DNA from: Methanobacteriota archaeon
GTDB taxonomy: Archaea > Thermoplasmatota > E2 > DHVEG-1
Assembly (NCBI GenBank): GCA_043806635.1
Contig: JAZDGT010000033.1
Location: 24,336-88,335, forward strand
Direction: 5' to 3'
Length of the DNA: 64,000 bases
Position numbers and translations under genes: made by a program. This document shows, in pieces, positions 1 to 10,282 of this stretch (the stretch's first letter is position 1; every line of letters starts with the position of its first letter). The notes beneath the pieces were generated by a model. The model was given only the letters and a program-made list of their open reading frames with translations, was not told the origin of the DNA and did no database searches.

Positions 1-97
1 TACATAGGTTCATACCAATCTTCAGATACTCTATTCAGGTAGCATCGTATAATATTCTTTTCTTTATTATACGGAATAAAAAATCGGGTGTGGAGAG

Positions 98-1114
98 ATG
101 GTAACAAAAAGTATCGCATGTCCACGATGTAAGAATAGGACAACAGTTGAGGGGAACACTGGGGAAAAAATCGAGGTTGTGTGTTCGAGTTGTCAGACGA
201 AAGGCTTTTTTATTTTCCCTGGTGTAAAACCAGTATCTACCATAGTGCGTGGTTCGTCTGTTATTGACGTGGAGAATCTCACGTTTACCTATCCGAAGAC
301 TAAGAAGAAAGCCGTGGATAGTGTCACTTTTCAGGTGAAGGAGGGTGAGATTTTTGGTTTTCTTGGCCCGAATGGTGCGGGGAAGAGTACAACGCAGAAG
401 GTCATTATGGGGTTACTGAAAGGGTTTGACGGTTCTGTGAGTATCTTGGGGAAAAACTTGAGGGAATGGCGAACCGATCTGTATGAGCGGATTGGTGTTT
501 GTTTTGAGAGTCCGAATCATTATCAGAAGTTGACTGCGTTGGAGAACTTGGAGTTGTTTTCTTCTTTTTATCGTGGGAAAACCATAGATCCGATGACGTT
601 GTTGAAGATGGTGGATCTTGAGCGGGATGCGGATCAGCGGGTTGGTTCGTTTTCTAAGGGTATGAAGACGAAATTGAATTTTGTGCGTTCGTTGTTGAAT
701 AATCCGCAGGTGTTGTTTCTTGATGAGCCGACGACTGGTCTTGATCCGGTGAGTGCTCGGCAGGTGAAGAATATTATTTTAGAGAAGCGGCGGGAAGGGA
801 AATCTATTTTTCTGACGACGCATAATATGACGGATGCGGATGAGTTATGTGATCGTGTAGGTTTTATCGTGGATGGGAAGGTGAACCTGATTGAGAACCC
901 GAAGGAGTTGAAGATTCGTCATGGGAAGAAACAGGTTCGTGTTGAGTATGTGAACGAGGAAGTGTTGGTGAGTGAAGAGTTTAGTATGGCTGGGTTGGGT
1001 GATAACGCAGCGTTCTTAGATGTGTTACGGGGTGGGCAGGTTCAGACGATTCATACGGAGGAGGCGACGCTTGAGGATGTTTTTATTATTGCGACGGGAC
1101 GGAAGTTGAAATGA
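98..1114 (+). CDS. ABC transporter ATP-binding protein (ABC-2/CcmA-like) with N-terminal C4 zinc-ribbon extension
   Basis: Walker A GPNGAGKST, ABC signature FSKGMKTKL, Walker B LFLDEPTTGLD, H-loop TTHN. N-terminal CPRC...CSSC zinc ribbon. Stop overlaps the start of the next ORF. Confidence 0.85.
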   Translation: MVTKSIACPRCKNRTTVEGNTGEKIEVVCSSCQTKGFFIFPGVKPVSTIVRGSSVIDVENLTFTYPKTKKKAVDSVTFQVKEGEIFGFLGPNGAGKSTTQKVIMGLLKGFDGSVSILGKNLREWRTDLYERIGVCFESPNHYQKLTALENLELFSSFYRGKTIDPMTLLKMVDLERDADQRVGSFSKGMKTKLNFVRSLLNNPQVLFLDEPTTGLDPVSARQVKNIILEKRREGKSIFLTTHNMTDADELCDRVGFIVDGKVNLIENPKELKIRHGKKQVRVEYVNEEVLVSEEFSMAGLGDNAAFLDVLRGGQVQTIHTEEATLEDVFIIATGRKLK

Positions 1115-1812
1115 GTCAGTTACTAAGCATGGTGAAATGGGAGTTCATCCTTGAGTCTCGGTATAAGATCATTCATCTGTCTTTGCTGAGTATTATTCTT
1201 TATTATCTTTCTCTTCTTGCGATGCCAGCGATGAATACGGATTATTTTCTGACGGTGTTCTTGTTTTTTGATCCGGTGTTGATTGGTATTATGTTTCTTG
1301 GGGCGTTGGTGTTGTTTGAAAAAAATGAGAACACGCTGCAGGCGTTGAATGTGACTCCTATGGAGACGCGGAATTATTTTCTTTCTAAGATTATCGCATT
1401 AACAACGTTGTCTATTGTGAGTGCGTTACTGTTTTTGTTTCTTGTGTATGGTTTTGATTTTCATTATGGGTATTTGCTGAGTGGTATTATTCTGACGTCG
1501 GTGTTTCTTATCCTCTTAGGGTTTCTGTTGGTTTCCCGGTGTCATAGTATTAATGAGTATTTGTTGATGATGATGTTCTCCTTTGTGATCCTGTTTCTTC
1601 CCCCGATGTTGCATGTCTCCGGGTTGTATAAAAATGATTTGTTTTATTTGTGGCCGTCACAGGCTTCGTTTATTCTTTTTAAAGGCGTGTTTACTCCGGT
1701 TGATGTGAGTGAAGCCGTGTATGCTGTCCTGTATCTTATTCTGTGGATAGTGGTCTGTTACTATCTTTCAAAAAAGGCGTACTATACCCATATTATCATG
1801 GAGGGGGGATAA
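1111..1812 (+). CDS. ABC-2 family permease (polytopic membrane protein)
   Basis: Hydrophobic multi-TM ORF translationally coupled (ATGA overlap) to the ABC ATPase. Confidence 0.6.
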   Translation: MSQLLSMVKWEFILESRYKIIHLSLLSIILYYLSLLAMPAMNTDYFLTVFLFFDPVLIGIMFLGALVLFEKNENTLQALNVTPMETRNYFLSKIIALTTLSIVSALLFLFLVYGFDFHYGYLLSGIILTSVFLILLGFLLVSRCHSINEYLLMMMFSFVILFLPPMLHVSGLYKNDLFYLWPSQASFILFKGVFTPVDVSEAVYAVLYLILWIVVCYYLSKKAYYTHIIMEGG

Positions 1813-1816
1813 ATCG

Positions 1817-2527
1817 ATGGTGTATGCCATAAAGCTTATGGTGAATGACATCCGGAATATTCTCCGTGATCGGTTTCTTCTCTATGCGGCTGTTGCTGCG
1901 CCGATCATGTTTGTTGTTCTGAGTAGGGCAGTCATCCCGTATATCTCTGAGAACTTCTATTATCTTGAGCCGTACTATCCCCTCTTGTTTATGCTTATGG
2001 TGATCATGATGCCTCTGATGTTTGGGTTCATCACTGCGTTTCTTATCATGGATGAGCGTGATGAGCACCTGCTGACGGTGTTGCGTGTGATGCCTATTTC
2101 TCGGAACGGCTACCTCATGTATCGGATGATTCTCATGATTGTGCTCGCATTCGTTTTTATCATCGTGTTTCCCGTACTTACTGGTCTTATCGAGGTTGAT
2201 TTTTGGTTGTATCTGCCTATCGCGGTTCTCTTTGCGTTGTTCACACCGGTGATGGCGTTGATCGTGAACATTCTTGCGAGTAATAAGGTTCAAGCGTTCG
2301 CCGTGTTTAAGACACTCGGCGGTGTTTTTTTCCTTCCTCTGTTTGCGTTCTTTACAACAAACAACATTAGATACGCTTTTGGTGTCATCCCGAATTTTTG
2401 GTCGTTCATGGCACTTGATCAAGTACTGACTGAGGGTACACAGGATTATGTGTCTCTCTTCATAGGGTTCGTCTTCCACTTCGCGTTACTCGCGGTCTTG
2501 TTCCATATCTTCAATAAAAAATTTTAG
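1817..2527 (+). CDS. ABC-2 family permease, second subunit
   Basis: Hydrophobic multi-TM ORF 5 nt downstream of the previous permease, same operon. Confidence 0.6.
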   Translation: MVYAIKLMVNDIRNILRDRFLLYAAVAAPIMFVVLSRAVIPYISENFYYLEPYYPLLFMLMVIMMPLMFGFITAFLIMDERDEHLLTVLRVMPISRNGYLMYRMILMIVLAFVFIIVFPVLTGLIEVDFWLYLPIAVLFALFTPVMALIVNILASNKVQAFAVFKTLGGVFFLPLFAFFTTNNIRYAFGVIPNFWSFMALDQVLTEGTQDYVSLFIGFVFHFALLAVLFHIFNKKF

Positions 2528-2557
2528 TGGAAGATTCGGTGTTTCCCGAACGTTTTC

Positions 2558-2572
2558 CCGGCTTTTATATAC
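2558..2572 (+). promoter_or_regulatory. Putative archaeal TATA box (tttatata) about 35 nt upstream of the vWA gene start
   Basis: AT-rich TATA-like octamer correctly spaced for a short-leader archaeal transcript. Confidence 0.3.
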
Positions 2573-2604
2573 TTTCAAGGAAATAGTATTTTTTGTGATT
2601 ACCT

Positions 2605-3837
2605 ATGAAAAAAAGAATATCACTCATATCTATAGGCATAATACTCCTCATGTGCAGCGTCTCATTTGGAGCAGTAGGTGATGATGACCAAACCATACAA
2701 CCAAAGATAGATCTCGTGTTCGTCATAGACACCACAGGGTCTATGAGTGATGAGATCAGAGAAGTCAAAATGCATATCAAGAATGTGATAGACACGGTTC
2801 TCTCAGGCACCCCAAAACCAGATGTGATGATAGGATTTGTGATCTACCGCGATTATCCTGATGAAGAAAGAGAATACATCTACAAGATCTATTCACTGAC
2901 CAACGATATCGACGCAGTCCTTACCTATCTCGAAGAAATCGAGGCGTCTGGTGGTGGTGACAACGAAGAAACCGTCACCATCGGCTTAGATGTCGCCATA
3001 AACGAGATGAACTGGCGAGTCACCACGGTTAATAATACTGATGGGGAAATCATAGGCTATGATGCAAATCAGAACCCCATCTATGCATCCTCGGGTGCCA
3101 TCTCACGGATGATGTTCTTAATCGGGGATGCTCCACCACGAACCAGAGAATATGTCAGTATTAATCAAAGTAGCCGCCGTCTCCCCTCGTACAAAGAAAA
3201 CATCGAAGATGCTAAAACCAAAGGTATCACGATTTACACGGTGAGCGGCTCAGGTATGGACGATAGCGGTATCGCAATTTGGAAAGAAATCGCTTCCGAG
3301 ACCGGAGGGAAATACGAACTACTCACGTACGAACGACAAAATATACAAACCTATGTCACAGAAGAAAAACTTGATGATCACTGGGTGGAAGACGCGAAAG
3401 GCATGAGCGATTACGATCCCTCTGACGGCTCAATTCTAACCAACTCCTTAGGTGATTTCATGCGGTCCGCAGTAATATCAGAAGCGCAATCACTCGGGGT
3501 TCACTACAGAAATGAGACAACCTCGGAGCAGGCTCTCGTGTATTTCACCGATGTTGGATATCTTCTCGATACTGACAACAACACCCTCTTTGATCTATTT
3601 CATAGCAACGCGACAGGAATAAATACAACAGTAGCCGTTGATACAGACCAGTATTTCATTGACCTTGATAATGACGGATCCTGGGAATATATGTACACTA
3701 CTGCTGAAGGTTTTGTGCACTATCAAGAACCAGCGTCAACGTTTCCGCTCTCAACAGTCGCACTCATCGTAGTCATCGGTGCTATCGTCGCAACCATGGT
3801 TCTGCTCATAAAAATGAGATTCAGCCAGAAAAAATAA
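2605..3837 (+). CDS. Secreted von Willebrand factor A (vWA) domain protein with C-terminal membrane anchor
   Basis: N-terminal signal peptide. MIDAS-like DxTGSM motif (VIDTTGSMSDEI). C-terminal hydrophobic helix followed by a basic tail (KMRFSQKK). Confidence 0.7.
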   Translation: MKKRISLISIGIILLMCSVSFGAVGDDDQTIQPKIDLVFVIDTTGSMSDEIREVKMHIKNVIDTVLSGTPKPDVMIGFVIYRDYPDEEREYIYKIYSLTNDIDAVLTYLEEIEASGGGDNEETVTIGLDVAINEMNWRVTTVNNTDGEIIGYDANQNPIYASSGAISRMMFLIGDAPPRTREYVSINQSSRRLPSYKENIEDAKTKGITIYTVSGSGMDDSGIAIWKEIASETGGKYELLTYERQNIQTYVTEEKLDDHWVEDAKGMSDYDPSDGSILTNSLGDFMRSAVISEAQSLGVHYRNETTSEQALVYFTDVGYLLDTDNNTLFDLFHSNATGINTTVAVDTDQYFIDLDNDGSWEYMYTTAEGFVHYQEPASTFPLSTVALIVVIGAIVATMVLLIKMRFSQKK

Positions 3838-3845
3838 GAACACTC

Positions 3846-3863
3846 TTTTTTTCTTTTTTTTTA
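3846..3863 (+). terminator. T-rich tract (archaeal-type terminator) after the vWA gene
   Basis: ttttttcttttttttt immediately 3' of the stop codon. Confidence 0.3.
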
Positions 3864-3914
3864 GTTTTGAGCGTTTTATCTCAACTATCATCTAGATGTG
3901 TTCAGGTACTACCA

Positions 3915-4163
3915 TTACGTTTTAACCTGGTTTTTTTTACGTTTTTTCCAGAAGGTGAAATAGAGATGAAGCGTCAGAAGAATAATGAGGGGGATGAGAA
4001 GATTTGAATGAATCTGGTATGAGGTGAGTTTTGATAGTCCCCCAAATGAGAGTGCTTCGATGACTTGATAGTTCGTAATACCCAGTCCTGTGATAATAAG
4101 GATGATGATGACGATGGTTAGGAGGAGATGCGTCCCTGTTTTGATAACTTGTAGTAGATTCAT
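3915..4163 (-). CDS. Small integral membrane protein (2-3 TM), downstream partner of the Mo-oxidoreductase-like gene
   Basis: 82-aa hydrophobic ORF 17 nt downstream of the 4180..4833 gene on the same strand. Confidence 0.4.
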   Translation of the reverse strand: MNLLQVIKTGTHLLLTIVIIILIITGLGITNYQVIEALSFGGLSKLTSYQIHSNLLIPLIILLTLHLYFTFWKKRKKNQVKT

Positions 4164-4179
4164 GTTGGTTCCCTTCTTT

Positions 4180-4833
4180 TTAGAAAAAACTTTCGTTGGT
4201 GTTCGCGGTGTTGGAGTATCCTCTGCTCTCCCAGTATCCCTCGTAGTACATGTTATCTGATAGTTCGATTTCGGTCACCCATTTAATCCATTTATATCCC
4301 CATTTGCTCTCGGCAACGAGCTGGAATGGGAATCCTCGTTCTACTGGGAGTGTGACGTTATTCATTTTGTATGCAAGCAGAATGTTGTTTTCTGTGGTAT
4401 AGTTGAGTGGGAACGACGTGGTGTATCCATCGTAGGCTTTGAAGATGATGATGGTTGTAGATGGGTCCGGGTTTGCTGCAGCGATTAGGTCCTCGACAAG
4501 TATTCCTTCCCGGAGGATGGTGACGCTCCATCCTTCGACGCAGTCTAAGGTCACGACTTTTGTGTAATGCTGTTGCTGTGCGAGTATTTCGTCGTAGGTA
4601 TATGTTTTTGGTGTTTCAACAAGTCCTGTGATGTTTAGTCGATATGTTGTTTTGTCGATGTGTTGTGGTCCTTTGATTGAGTTCTCTCGGAAATCATTGA
4701 CTGAGGAGAGTTTTTCTCCTTGGTATTCTCGTATTTCTACGCCATCAAGTTGGATGTTCTGTTGAAGGCAGCCGGTGAGGATGGTGAGGAGGATAAGCTG
4801 TAGGAGTACGAGAATGGGTCCTATTTTTTTCAT
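4180..4833 (-). CDS. Secreted/lipoprotein molybdopterin-binding oxidoreductase domain protein (sulfite-oxidase/YedY-like catalytic domain)
   Basis: Signal peptide with Cys (LTGCLQQ). Conserved LDCVEGWS cysteine motif plus LAYKMNNVTLPVERGFPFQLVAESKWGYKWIKW, typical of the SO-family Mo domain. Confidence 0.55.
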   Translation of the reverse strand: MKKIGPILVLLQLILLTILTGCLQQNIQLDGVEIREYQGEKLSSVNDFRENSIKGPQHIDKTTYRLNITGLVETPKTYTYDEILAQQQHYTKVVTLDCVEGWSVTILREGILVEDLIAAANPDPSTTIIIFKAYDGYTTSFPLNYTTENNILLAYKMNNVTLPVERGFPFQLVAESKWGYKWIKWVTEIELSDNMYYEGYWESRGYSNTANTNESFF

Positions 4834-5226
4834 ATGTTTTTTTCTCCTTATAAAAACATTATTAAGTGCTGTTAATTTAGATTTTTCTTTACGTATCTAT
4901 ATGTTGTACTCCTTATTATACTTTCAGGCTATGAATACTATTTTTTTCCTTTGTTTATTATTAATTTATATCGAGTGAATCTTCTGTTTTATTCCCTGAC
5001 ATCGTTTATTATTAAAGATTTTTTGTTTCTTATTTTTGGTTAGAATCGAAAGTATAATAAACTAGAATTAACAGTATTTAATTGAGGGCGTAAAATAAGA
5101 AAACAGGGCAATATTTTTCCCATCCTTTCCTCCTCTCCTCATTCCATCCAATGGAAACCCGCTTCTTATTTTACGTCACCCGCTTTTCTTCAAAAAAATA
5201 CTCTGTACATAATCAAAGTAGAAGAT

Positions 5227-5236
5227 TTTTTATAAC
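5227..5236 (+). promoter_or_regulatory. Putative TATA box (ttttttataa) about 25 nt upstream of the ltaE start
   Basis: Positioned for a leaderless archaeal mRNA. Confidence 0.3.
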
Positions 5237-5256
5237 ACACACTGCTTGATGAACCC

Positions 5257-6288
5257 ATGATGCAGAACACGCAATTCGGAAGCGATAACCACTCAGGAGT
5301 CCACCCTGATATTTTAAAAGCCATCAATGAGGCAAACACAGGATACACAATAGCATACGGTTTAGATCCGTGGACACAACAAGGTATCCAAAAGTTAAAA
5401 GAATTTTTTGGAAAGGATTGCGACGCGTATTTCCTGTATAATGGGACTGCAGCTAATATCCTCGGGTTAAAGAGTGTCACTGATTCGTTTCACTCCATCT
5501 TCTGCGCAGAAACCGCTCATCTCAACGTCCATGAATGTTGCGGGCCAGAGAATTTTATTGGGTGCAAACTTGTTACTATACCAACTAAGGATGGGAAACT
5601 CACCGTTGATCTACTTCAACCATATGTCGTCGGAGTTGGGGATCCTCATATGGCACAACCAAAAATCGTTTCTATTACGCAGGCGACGGAACGAGGAACT
5701 GTGTATACGCCTCAGGAAATAAAAAAATTGTCTCAGTTTGTACATCAACATCATATGTTGTTACACATGGATGGAGCACGGTTGTGCAACGCAGCAGCGT
5801 CTTTGAAGATCGGATTAAATGATATGTGCGGCAAGTGTGGTGTTGATGTGCTCTCGTTTGGGGGAACAAAAAATGGGATCATGTTTGGTGAAGCTGTTGT
5901 GTTTTTTGATAAAAAGTTATCAAAGAATTTTGAGTTTATCAGGAAACAAGGGATGCAGCTAGCAAGTAAGATGAGGTATATTTCTGCGCAGTATATCGCG
6001 TTCCTCTCGAATGAGTTGTGGTTACGAAACGCGCAACATGCGAACGAGATGGCGCAGTTGCTTGCCAGATCGCTTAAGGATATGCCTGGGGTTAAAATTA
6101 CACAAAAAATACAGGCGAATATGGTATTTGCCATCATTCCGAAGCAGTGTATTCCTCTGTTACAGAAGGATTATTATTTTCATCGATTCAATGAGCATAC
6201 GTCTGAGGTGAGATTGATGTGTTCGTTTACTACTCAGCGGGATGATGTTCTTCGTTTTGTGCAGACGATTCGTACATCTCTCCGTTGA
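5257..6288 (+). CDS. ltaE: Low-specificity L-threonine aldolase (PLP-dependent)
   Basis: PLP-lysine motif LSFGGTKNG and overall threonine-aldolase architecture, 343 aa. Confidence 0.8.
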   Translation: MMQNTQFGSDNHSGVHPDILKAINEANTGYTIAYGLDPWTQQGIQKLKEFFGKDCDAYFLYNGTAANILGLKSVTDSFHSIFCAETAHLNVHECCGPENFIGCKLVTIPTKDGKLTVDLLQPYVVGVGDPHMAQPKIVSITQATERGTVYTPQEIKKLSQFVHQHHMLLHMDGARLCNAAASLKIGLNDMCGKCGVDVLSFGGTKNGIMFGEAVVFFDKKLSKNFEFIRKQGMQLASKMRYISAQYIAFLSNELWLRNAQHANEMAQLLARSLKDMPGVKITQKIQANMVFAIIPKQCIPLLQKDYYFHRFNEHTSEVRLMCSFTTQRDDVLRFVQTIRTSLR

Positions 6289-6481
6289 GGTATATCAGAA
6301 ACACTGACTTTTATTTCTTTGTCTCAGTATTTATTTTATACAAAATATTTAAATAGTATGGCGTCTACTATATTTTATTAGAACACACATATTAATGCGT
6401 GTGTATATCGGGTTGGGAGACTTGATCGCGATACATATAAATCTTCAGGTTTCTTAATCAAGAAAAATACGTGGAGATGAT

Positions 6482-7711
6482 GTGATACCTATGAATAAAA
6501 AACACGGTTTGAGTTTAATGATTATTTCCCTGTTTATGATAGCGACTCTGATACCTCTAGGGTTAAGTCAAGCAGATCCTCATCCTTCTGTGACACAGAT
6601 CGATCGTCTCTCCACTATTTTATGGAGAGATAACGCATCGATAAACAGTATTGCTGTTGGTGATTTCGATAATTCTCATCCTGGTAGTGAACTCGTCTGT
6701 GGCGGTGAATCCGGGCGAGTCACAATGGTGAAAGGCAGAGGGAATAATTGGACCGCGACAACACTCATGGAAACCGCTGGCGTCGTCCAATTTTTAGATG
6801 TCGGAGATATCGACCCAAATCATCCAGGGAATGAAGTTGTTGTTGCGACCCTAGATGATCATTTACCCCTAGCCGGCGATAGCCCGGACCCGCCAGAGTA
6901 CTGGGGCATCCGCATACTTGAAGGTTATGGTAACGAGTGGACTAGCACGCTCGTGTATAAAACAGAGAACCCCTATGGTAAAATCTGGGGGATGCGAGTT
7001 GGTGATTTCAACACATCTAATCCTGGGGAGGAAATCATCGCGTGCTGGGAGTTCTGGATGGATATCGCCAACGTATATGTCTATTCATATAACGGTGATA
7101 CCTGGACTGATACCTTGATCTATAGTGGTAATATGGTGATTATGGACGCTGACGTCGGCAACTGTAACGCATCTCACCCAGGTGACGAGATCATCATGCT
7201 AGATGAAGACGGCGATTATATCCAGCTGATACAGAATGATACCATCTGGGAGCCAACCCTGATTTGGGAGGCACCCGAGGACTATGCTGGACGCGAAGTC
7301 GAGATAGGAGACGTCGATCGATATCACCCCGGAGACGAAGTTGTTATCAGAACACGTTTCGTCCCAGGAATACTCCTCCTCGAAGAACAAAACAGTCTGT
7401 GGACATCACGATGGCTGTTAAACAGCTCAATACTCTTCACTGACATGACCATTAGTGATAGTAACCGATTCCATCCCGGAAAAGAAATCGCAGTGGTCAG
7501 CGATCGAAACGTTACACTAATCTGGGGGGAAGGACCACAATGGTATCATCGTCTACTCTGGAGAGATACATTACCGTTGAACTGCGTTGCCGGCGGCGAT
7601 TTTGATTCCTCCATTACAGGGGAGGAACTCGCAGTCTCTGGAGAATCACGTAATATCAGCAGAATCATTCGCTTGTTTCCCGCGTTTGTTACCGTCATCG
7701 ATACCGTATAA
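6482..7711 (+). CDS. Secreted FG-GAP-like beta-propeller repeat protein
   Basis: Signal peptide. About 7 repeats of GD(F/I/V)Dxx(H/N)PG(D/N/E)E(V/I) spaced about 50 aa apart. Confidence 0.6.
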   Translation: MIPMNKKHGLSLMIISLFMIATLIPLGLSQADPHPSVTQIDRLSTILWRDNASINSIAVGDFDNSHPGSELVCGGESGRVTMVKGRGNNWTATTLMETAGVVQFLDVGDIDPNHPGNEVVVATLDDHLPLAGDSPDPPEYWGIRILEGYGNEWTSTLVYKTENPYGKIWGMRVGDFNTSNPGEEIIACWEFWMDIANVYVYSYNGDTWTDTLIYSGNMVIMDADVGNCNASHPGDEIIMLDEDGDYIQLIQNDTIWEPTLIWEAPEDYAGREVEIGDVDRYHPGDEVVIRTRFVPGILLLEEQNSLWTSRWLLNSSILFTDMTISDSNRFHPGKEIAVVSDRNVTLIWGEGPQWYHRLLWRDTLPLNCVAGGDFDSSITGEELAVSGESRNISRIIRLFPAFVTVIDTV

Positions 7712-7753
7712 AAAAATCTTTGACTACTCAATGAGACGATCACGGCACTGCTG

Positions 7754-8248
7754 TTATTCAGTCTCATGTGCTTTCTTTTTTGCTCTCCGCTCCATCTCTG
7801 CGACATCATTCCCAGAAAGTACATCCTTATTCACCAGTTTCATCATCAACAGCTCATTGTGCTCCATAAGAAAAACAATATTTTTCATAAGTTGATCCAT
7901 GGTCGCTAATTGTGTAGTTAATGTCGTCTCTTGTTTCTGAATCATCTGGGCGGTCTCTTGAATCGTATTCGCTTTACTCGAAACAAGATCCTTCAAAGTC
8001 TCTGAGAGTTGTCGAGAAACCTGCTCAATATGCGTCTTTATGATTTTCTCGTTTTCATCCCGGATGCCTTTTATCGTCTGCGTTTTGAAATCTTGGATAT
8101 CCTGAAGTTTTTTGATGACCTCCTTGTACTCGCCGACTTTTTCCTGTAATAACTGTAATTTTGAATCTTCGAACGATAGTCGTTGTTCAATCTGGGTGCA
8201 TTTATCATTTAACTCAGAGATCTTCAGTTGTAGATATCCTTCTTTCAT
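7754..8248 (-). CDS. Coiled-coil protein of unknown function
   Basis: 164 aa, heptad-rich and charged, no recognisable catalytic motif. Confidence 0.45.
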   Translation of the reverse strand: MKEGYLQLKISELNDKCTQIEQRLSFEDSKLQLLQEKVGEYKEVIKKLQDIQDFKTQTIKGIRDENEKIIKTHIEQVSRQLSETLKDLVSSKANTIQETAQMIQKQETTLTTQLATMDQLMKNIVFLMEHNELLMMKLVNKDVLSGNDVAEMERRAKKKAHETE

Positions 8249-8366
8249 AGAGAATCATCTTCCCTTTAATTTCTGAGGGGGATATAACGGTGTAGTATGA
8301 TAAATTTCTTTTTCCCTTCTCAGGTTACATAGGGTTTTTTAGTGTTTCCCTTTTTTTTAAAATAAG

Positions 8367-8437
8367 CAGCCCCGGGCGGATTTGAACCGCCGACGTTGGC
8401 TCCAAAGGCCAAAATGTTGCCACTACACCACGGGGCT
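8367..8437 (-). tRNA. tRNA-Gln (anticodon UUG)
   Basis: Reverse complement folds as a cloverleaf. Acceptor AGCCCCG/CGGGGCT with G73. Anticodon arm TTGGC-cTTTGga-GCCAA. T-loop GTTCAAATC. Confidence 0.8.
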
Positions 8438-8535
8438 ACATGCGCATACCGGGAATCTCTGAATTTATTTAAGAGTATGCTTTTTCTTTTCTCCTTATTC
8501 AGCAGGGTATCATATGAACAAATTTTTTCAGGAAA

Positions 8536-10236
8536 TCATGTACTCTTTTTTTGTTGCTGTTGTTGTATTTTCGCCCAGGTATCCCGCAGTTCAACGGTTC
8601 TGTTCAGAATCATCTTCTTATCGGTGGTGTGTGGGTCGACACAGAAATACCCGAGGCGTTCAAACTGGAATCGATCAAAATGTTTTAGCGTACGAACCAC
8701 CGGTTCTACCTTGCAGGACTGAATGATTGTAAGAGAATGCGGGTTGAGGAACTCTTTAAAATCCTTGTCTTTCTGTCCCGCGGGATCCTGAACCGTAAAG
8801 AGTCTATCGTAGAGGCGCACCTCAGCATACTGTGCATGCGGAGCGGATACCCAATGTATCGTTGATTTCACCTTCCGTCCATCTGGTGCGTATCCGCCTT
8901 TTGTTGCTGGGTCATAGGTGCATCGTAGTTCAACGATCTCCCCGTTTTTCTTGATAACGTCGTTGCATCGGATAAAATAGGCGTACCTGAGCCGGACCTC
9001 ACGACCCGGGGCAAGACGATAAAACTTGTTCGGCGGGTTCTCCATGAAATCATCCTGCTCAATATACAAAATTTTAGAAAACGGGACTTTACGTGATCCC
9101 ATCGTTGGATCCTCAGGGTTATTCACTGCTTCTATCTCCTCTGTTTGGTCTTCTGGGTAGTTCTTTACTACTATCTTTAGTGGATGGAGTACACCCATGT
9201 ACCGTGGGGATGTTTTATTCAGATCCTCTCGTATGCAATATTCAAGGAAATCAAAATCCACTATACTGTTGATTTTTGCGACACCAATACGTTTACAGAA
9301 ACCCCTGATCGCGGATGGTGAATACCCGCGGCGGCGCATCCCACTAATCGTCGGCAGTCGAGGATCATCCCATCCGTTCACATGTTTCCCTTCTACTAGC
9401 TGCAACAGCATCCGTTTACTCATCACTGTAAACGTTAGATTCAGGCGGGCGAACTCGATCTGCTGCGGATGATACACCCCGAGTTCATCAAGGAACCAAT
9501 CATATAACGGTCGATGATTCTCAAACTCAAGCGTGCAAATCGAATGCGTAATCCCCTCAACTGAATCCTCAAGCCCATGCGCCCAGTCATACATAGGGTA
9601 GATGCACCAGGTGTCTCCTGTTCGGTGATGACTGGCGTGGAGACTTCGATACATGACGGGGTCTCGCATGTTCAGATTCGGATGTGCCATGTCGATTTTT
9701 GCTCGGAGTACTTTTTCTCCGTCAGCGTACTCGCCGTTTTTCATCCGCTGAAACAAATCCCGGTTTTCTTCAACGGGTCGATCGCGATAGGGGCTGTTTT
9801 TACCTGGTTTCGTTAACGTCCCTCGATTCGTAGTGATTTCTTCGGCGGTTTGATCATCCACGTAGGCTTTCCCTTTTTTCACGAGGTCAATCGCGTAATC
9901 GTACATTTGTTGGAAATAATCTGATGCGAAAAACAGTCGATCCTCCCAGTCGAACCCGAGCCATTTCACATTCTCGATAATTGATTTGACGTATTCCTGT
10001 TCCTCTTTCGCAGGGTTGGTATCATCGAATCGAAGGTTGCATAATCCCCTGTACTCCTCTGCGATACCGAAATTCAGACAAATCGATTTCGCATGACCAA
10101 TATGGAGATACCCGTTTGGCTCTGGAGGAAATCGCGTGTGAACCTGGCCTTTATATTTCTTTGTTTTCAGGTCTTCATCGATAATCTCTCGAATAAAATC
10201 TTTTGTGACACTCTCAGATGTTTCCATGTTTATCAA
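8536..10236 (-). CDS. glnS: Glutaminyl-tRNA synthetase, class I, bacterial type
   Basis: HIGH motif (YLHIGHAKS), KMSKS variant (VMSKR), full-length colinearity with bacterial GlnRS including the C-terminal anticodon-binding beta-barrels (…[12 protein letters not shown]). 566 aa. Confidence 0.9.
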   Translation of the reverse strand: MINMETSESVTKDFIREIIDEDLKTKKYKGQVHTRFPPEPNGYLHIGHAKSICLNFGIAEEYRGLCNLRFDDTNPAKEEQEYVKSIIENVKWLGFDWEDRLFFASDYFQQMYDYAIDLVKKGKAYVDDQTAEEITTNRGTLTKPGKNSPYRDRPVEENRDLFQRMKNGEYADGEKVLRAKIDMAHPNLNMRDPVMYRSLHASHHRTGDTWCIYPMYDWAHGLEDSVEGITHSICTLEFENHRPLYDWFLDELGVYHPQQIEFARLNLTFTVMSKRMLLQLVEGKHVNGWDDPRLPTISGMRRRGYSPSAIRGFCKRIGVAKINSIVDFDFLEYCIREDLNKTSPRYMGVLHPLKIVVKNYPEDQTEEIEAVNNPEDPTMGSRKVPFSKILYIEQDDFMENPPNKFYRLAPGREVRLRYAYFIRCNDVIKKNGEIVELRCTYDPATKGGYAPDGRKVKSTIHWVSAPHAQYAEVRLYDRLFTVQDPAGQKDKDFKEFLNPHSLTIIQSCKVEPVVRTLKHFDRFQFERLGYFCVDPHTTDKKMILNRTVELRDTWAKIQQQQQKKST

Positions 10237-10282
10237 CTCTTCTTCCTCACCTTATTTGATTATTTCTAGGAGGATTTAGAGA

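Noticed and set aside
1796-2479. 227-aa minus-strand ORF inside the second ABC permease gene
   Set aside because: It lies entirely antisense to a well-supported membrane-protein gene and has a His/Arg/Lys-rich nonsense composition. It is a typical shadow ORF.
8367-8437. Possibility that the tRNAs next to glnS are bacterial-type tRNA-Gln
   Set aside because: Both begin AGCCCCG… with A1:U72 and archaeal-style D-loops, so they look archaeal rather than bacterial (no U1:A72). Whether they carry the GlnRS identity set cannot be decided by eye. This is kept as a question inside the glnS finding rather than as a separate claim.
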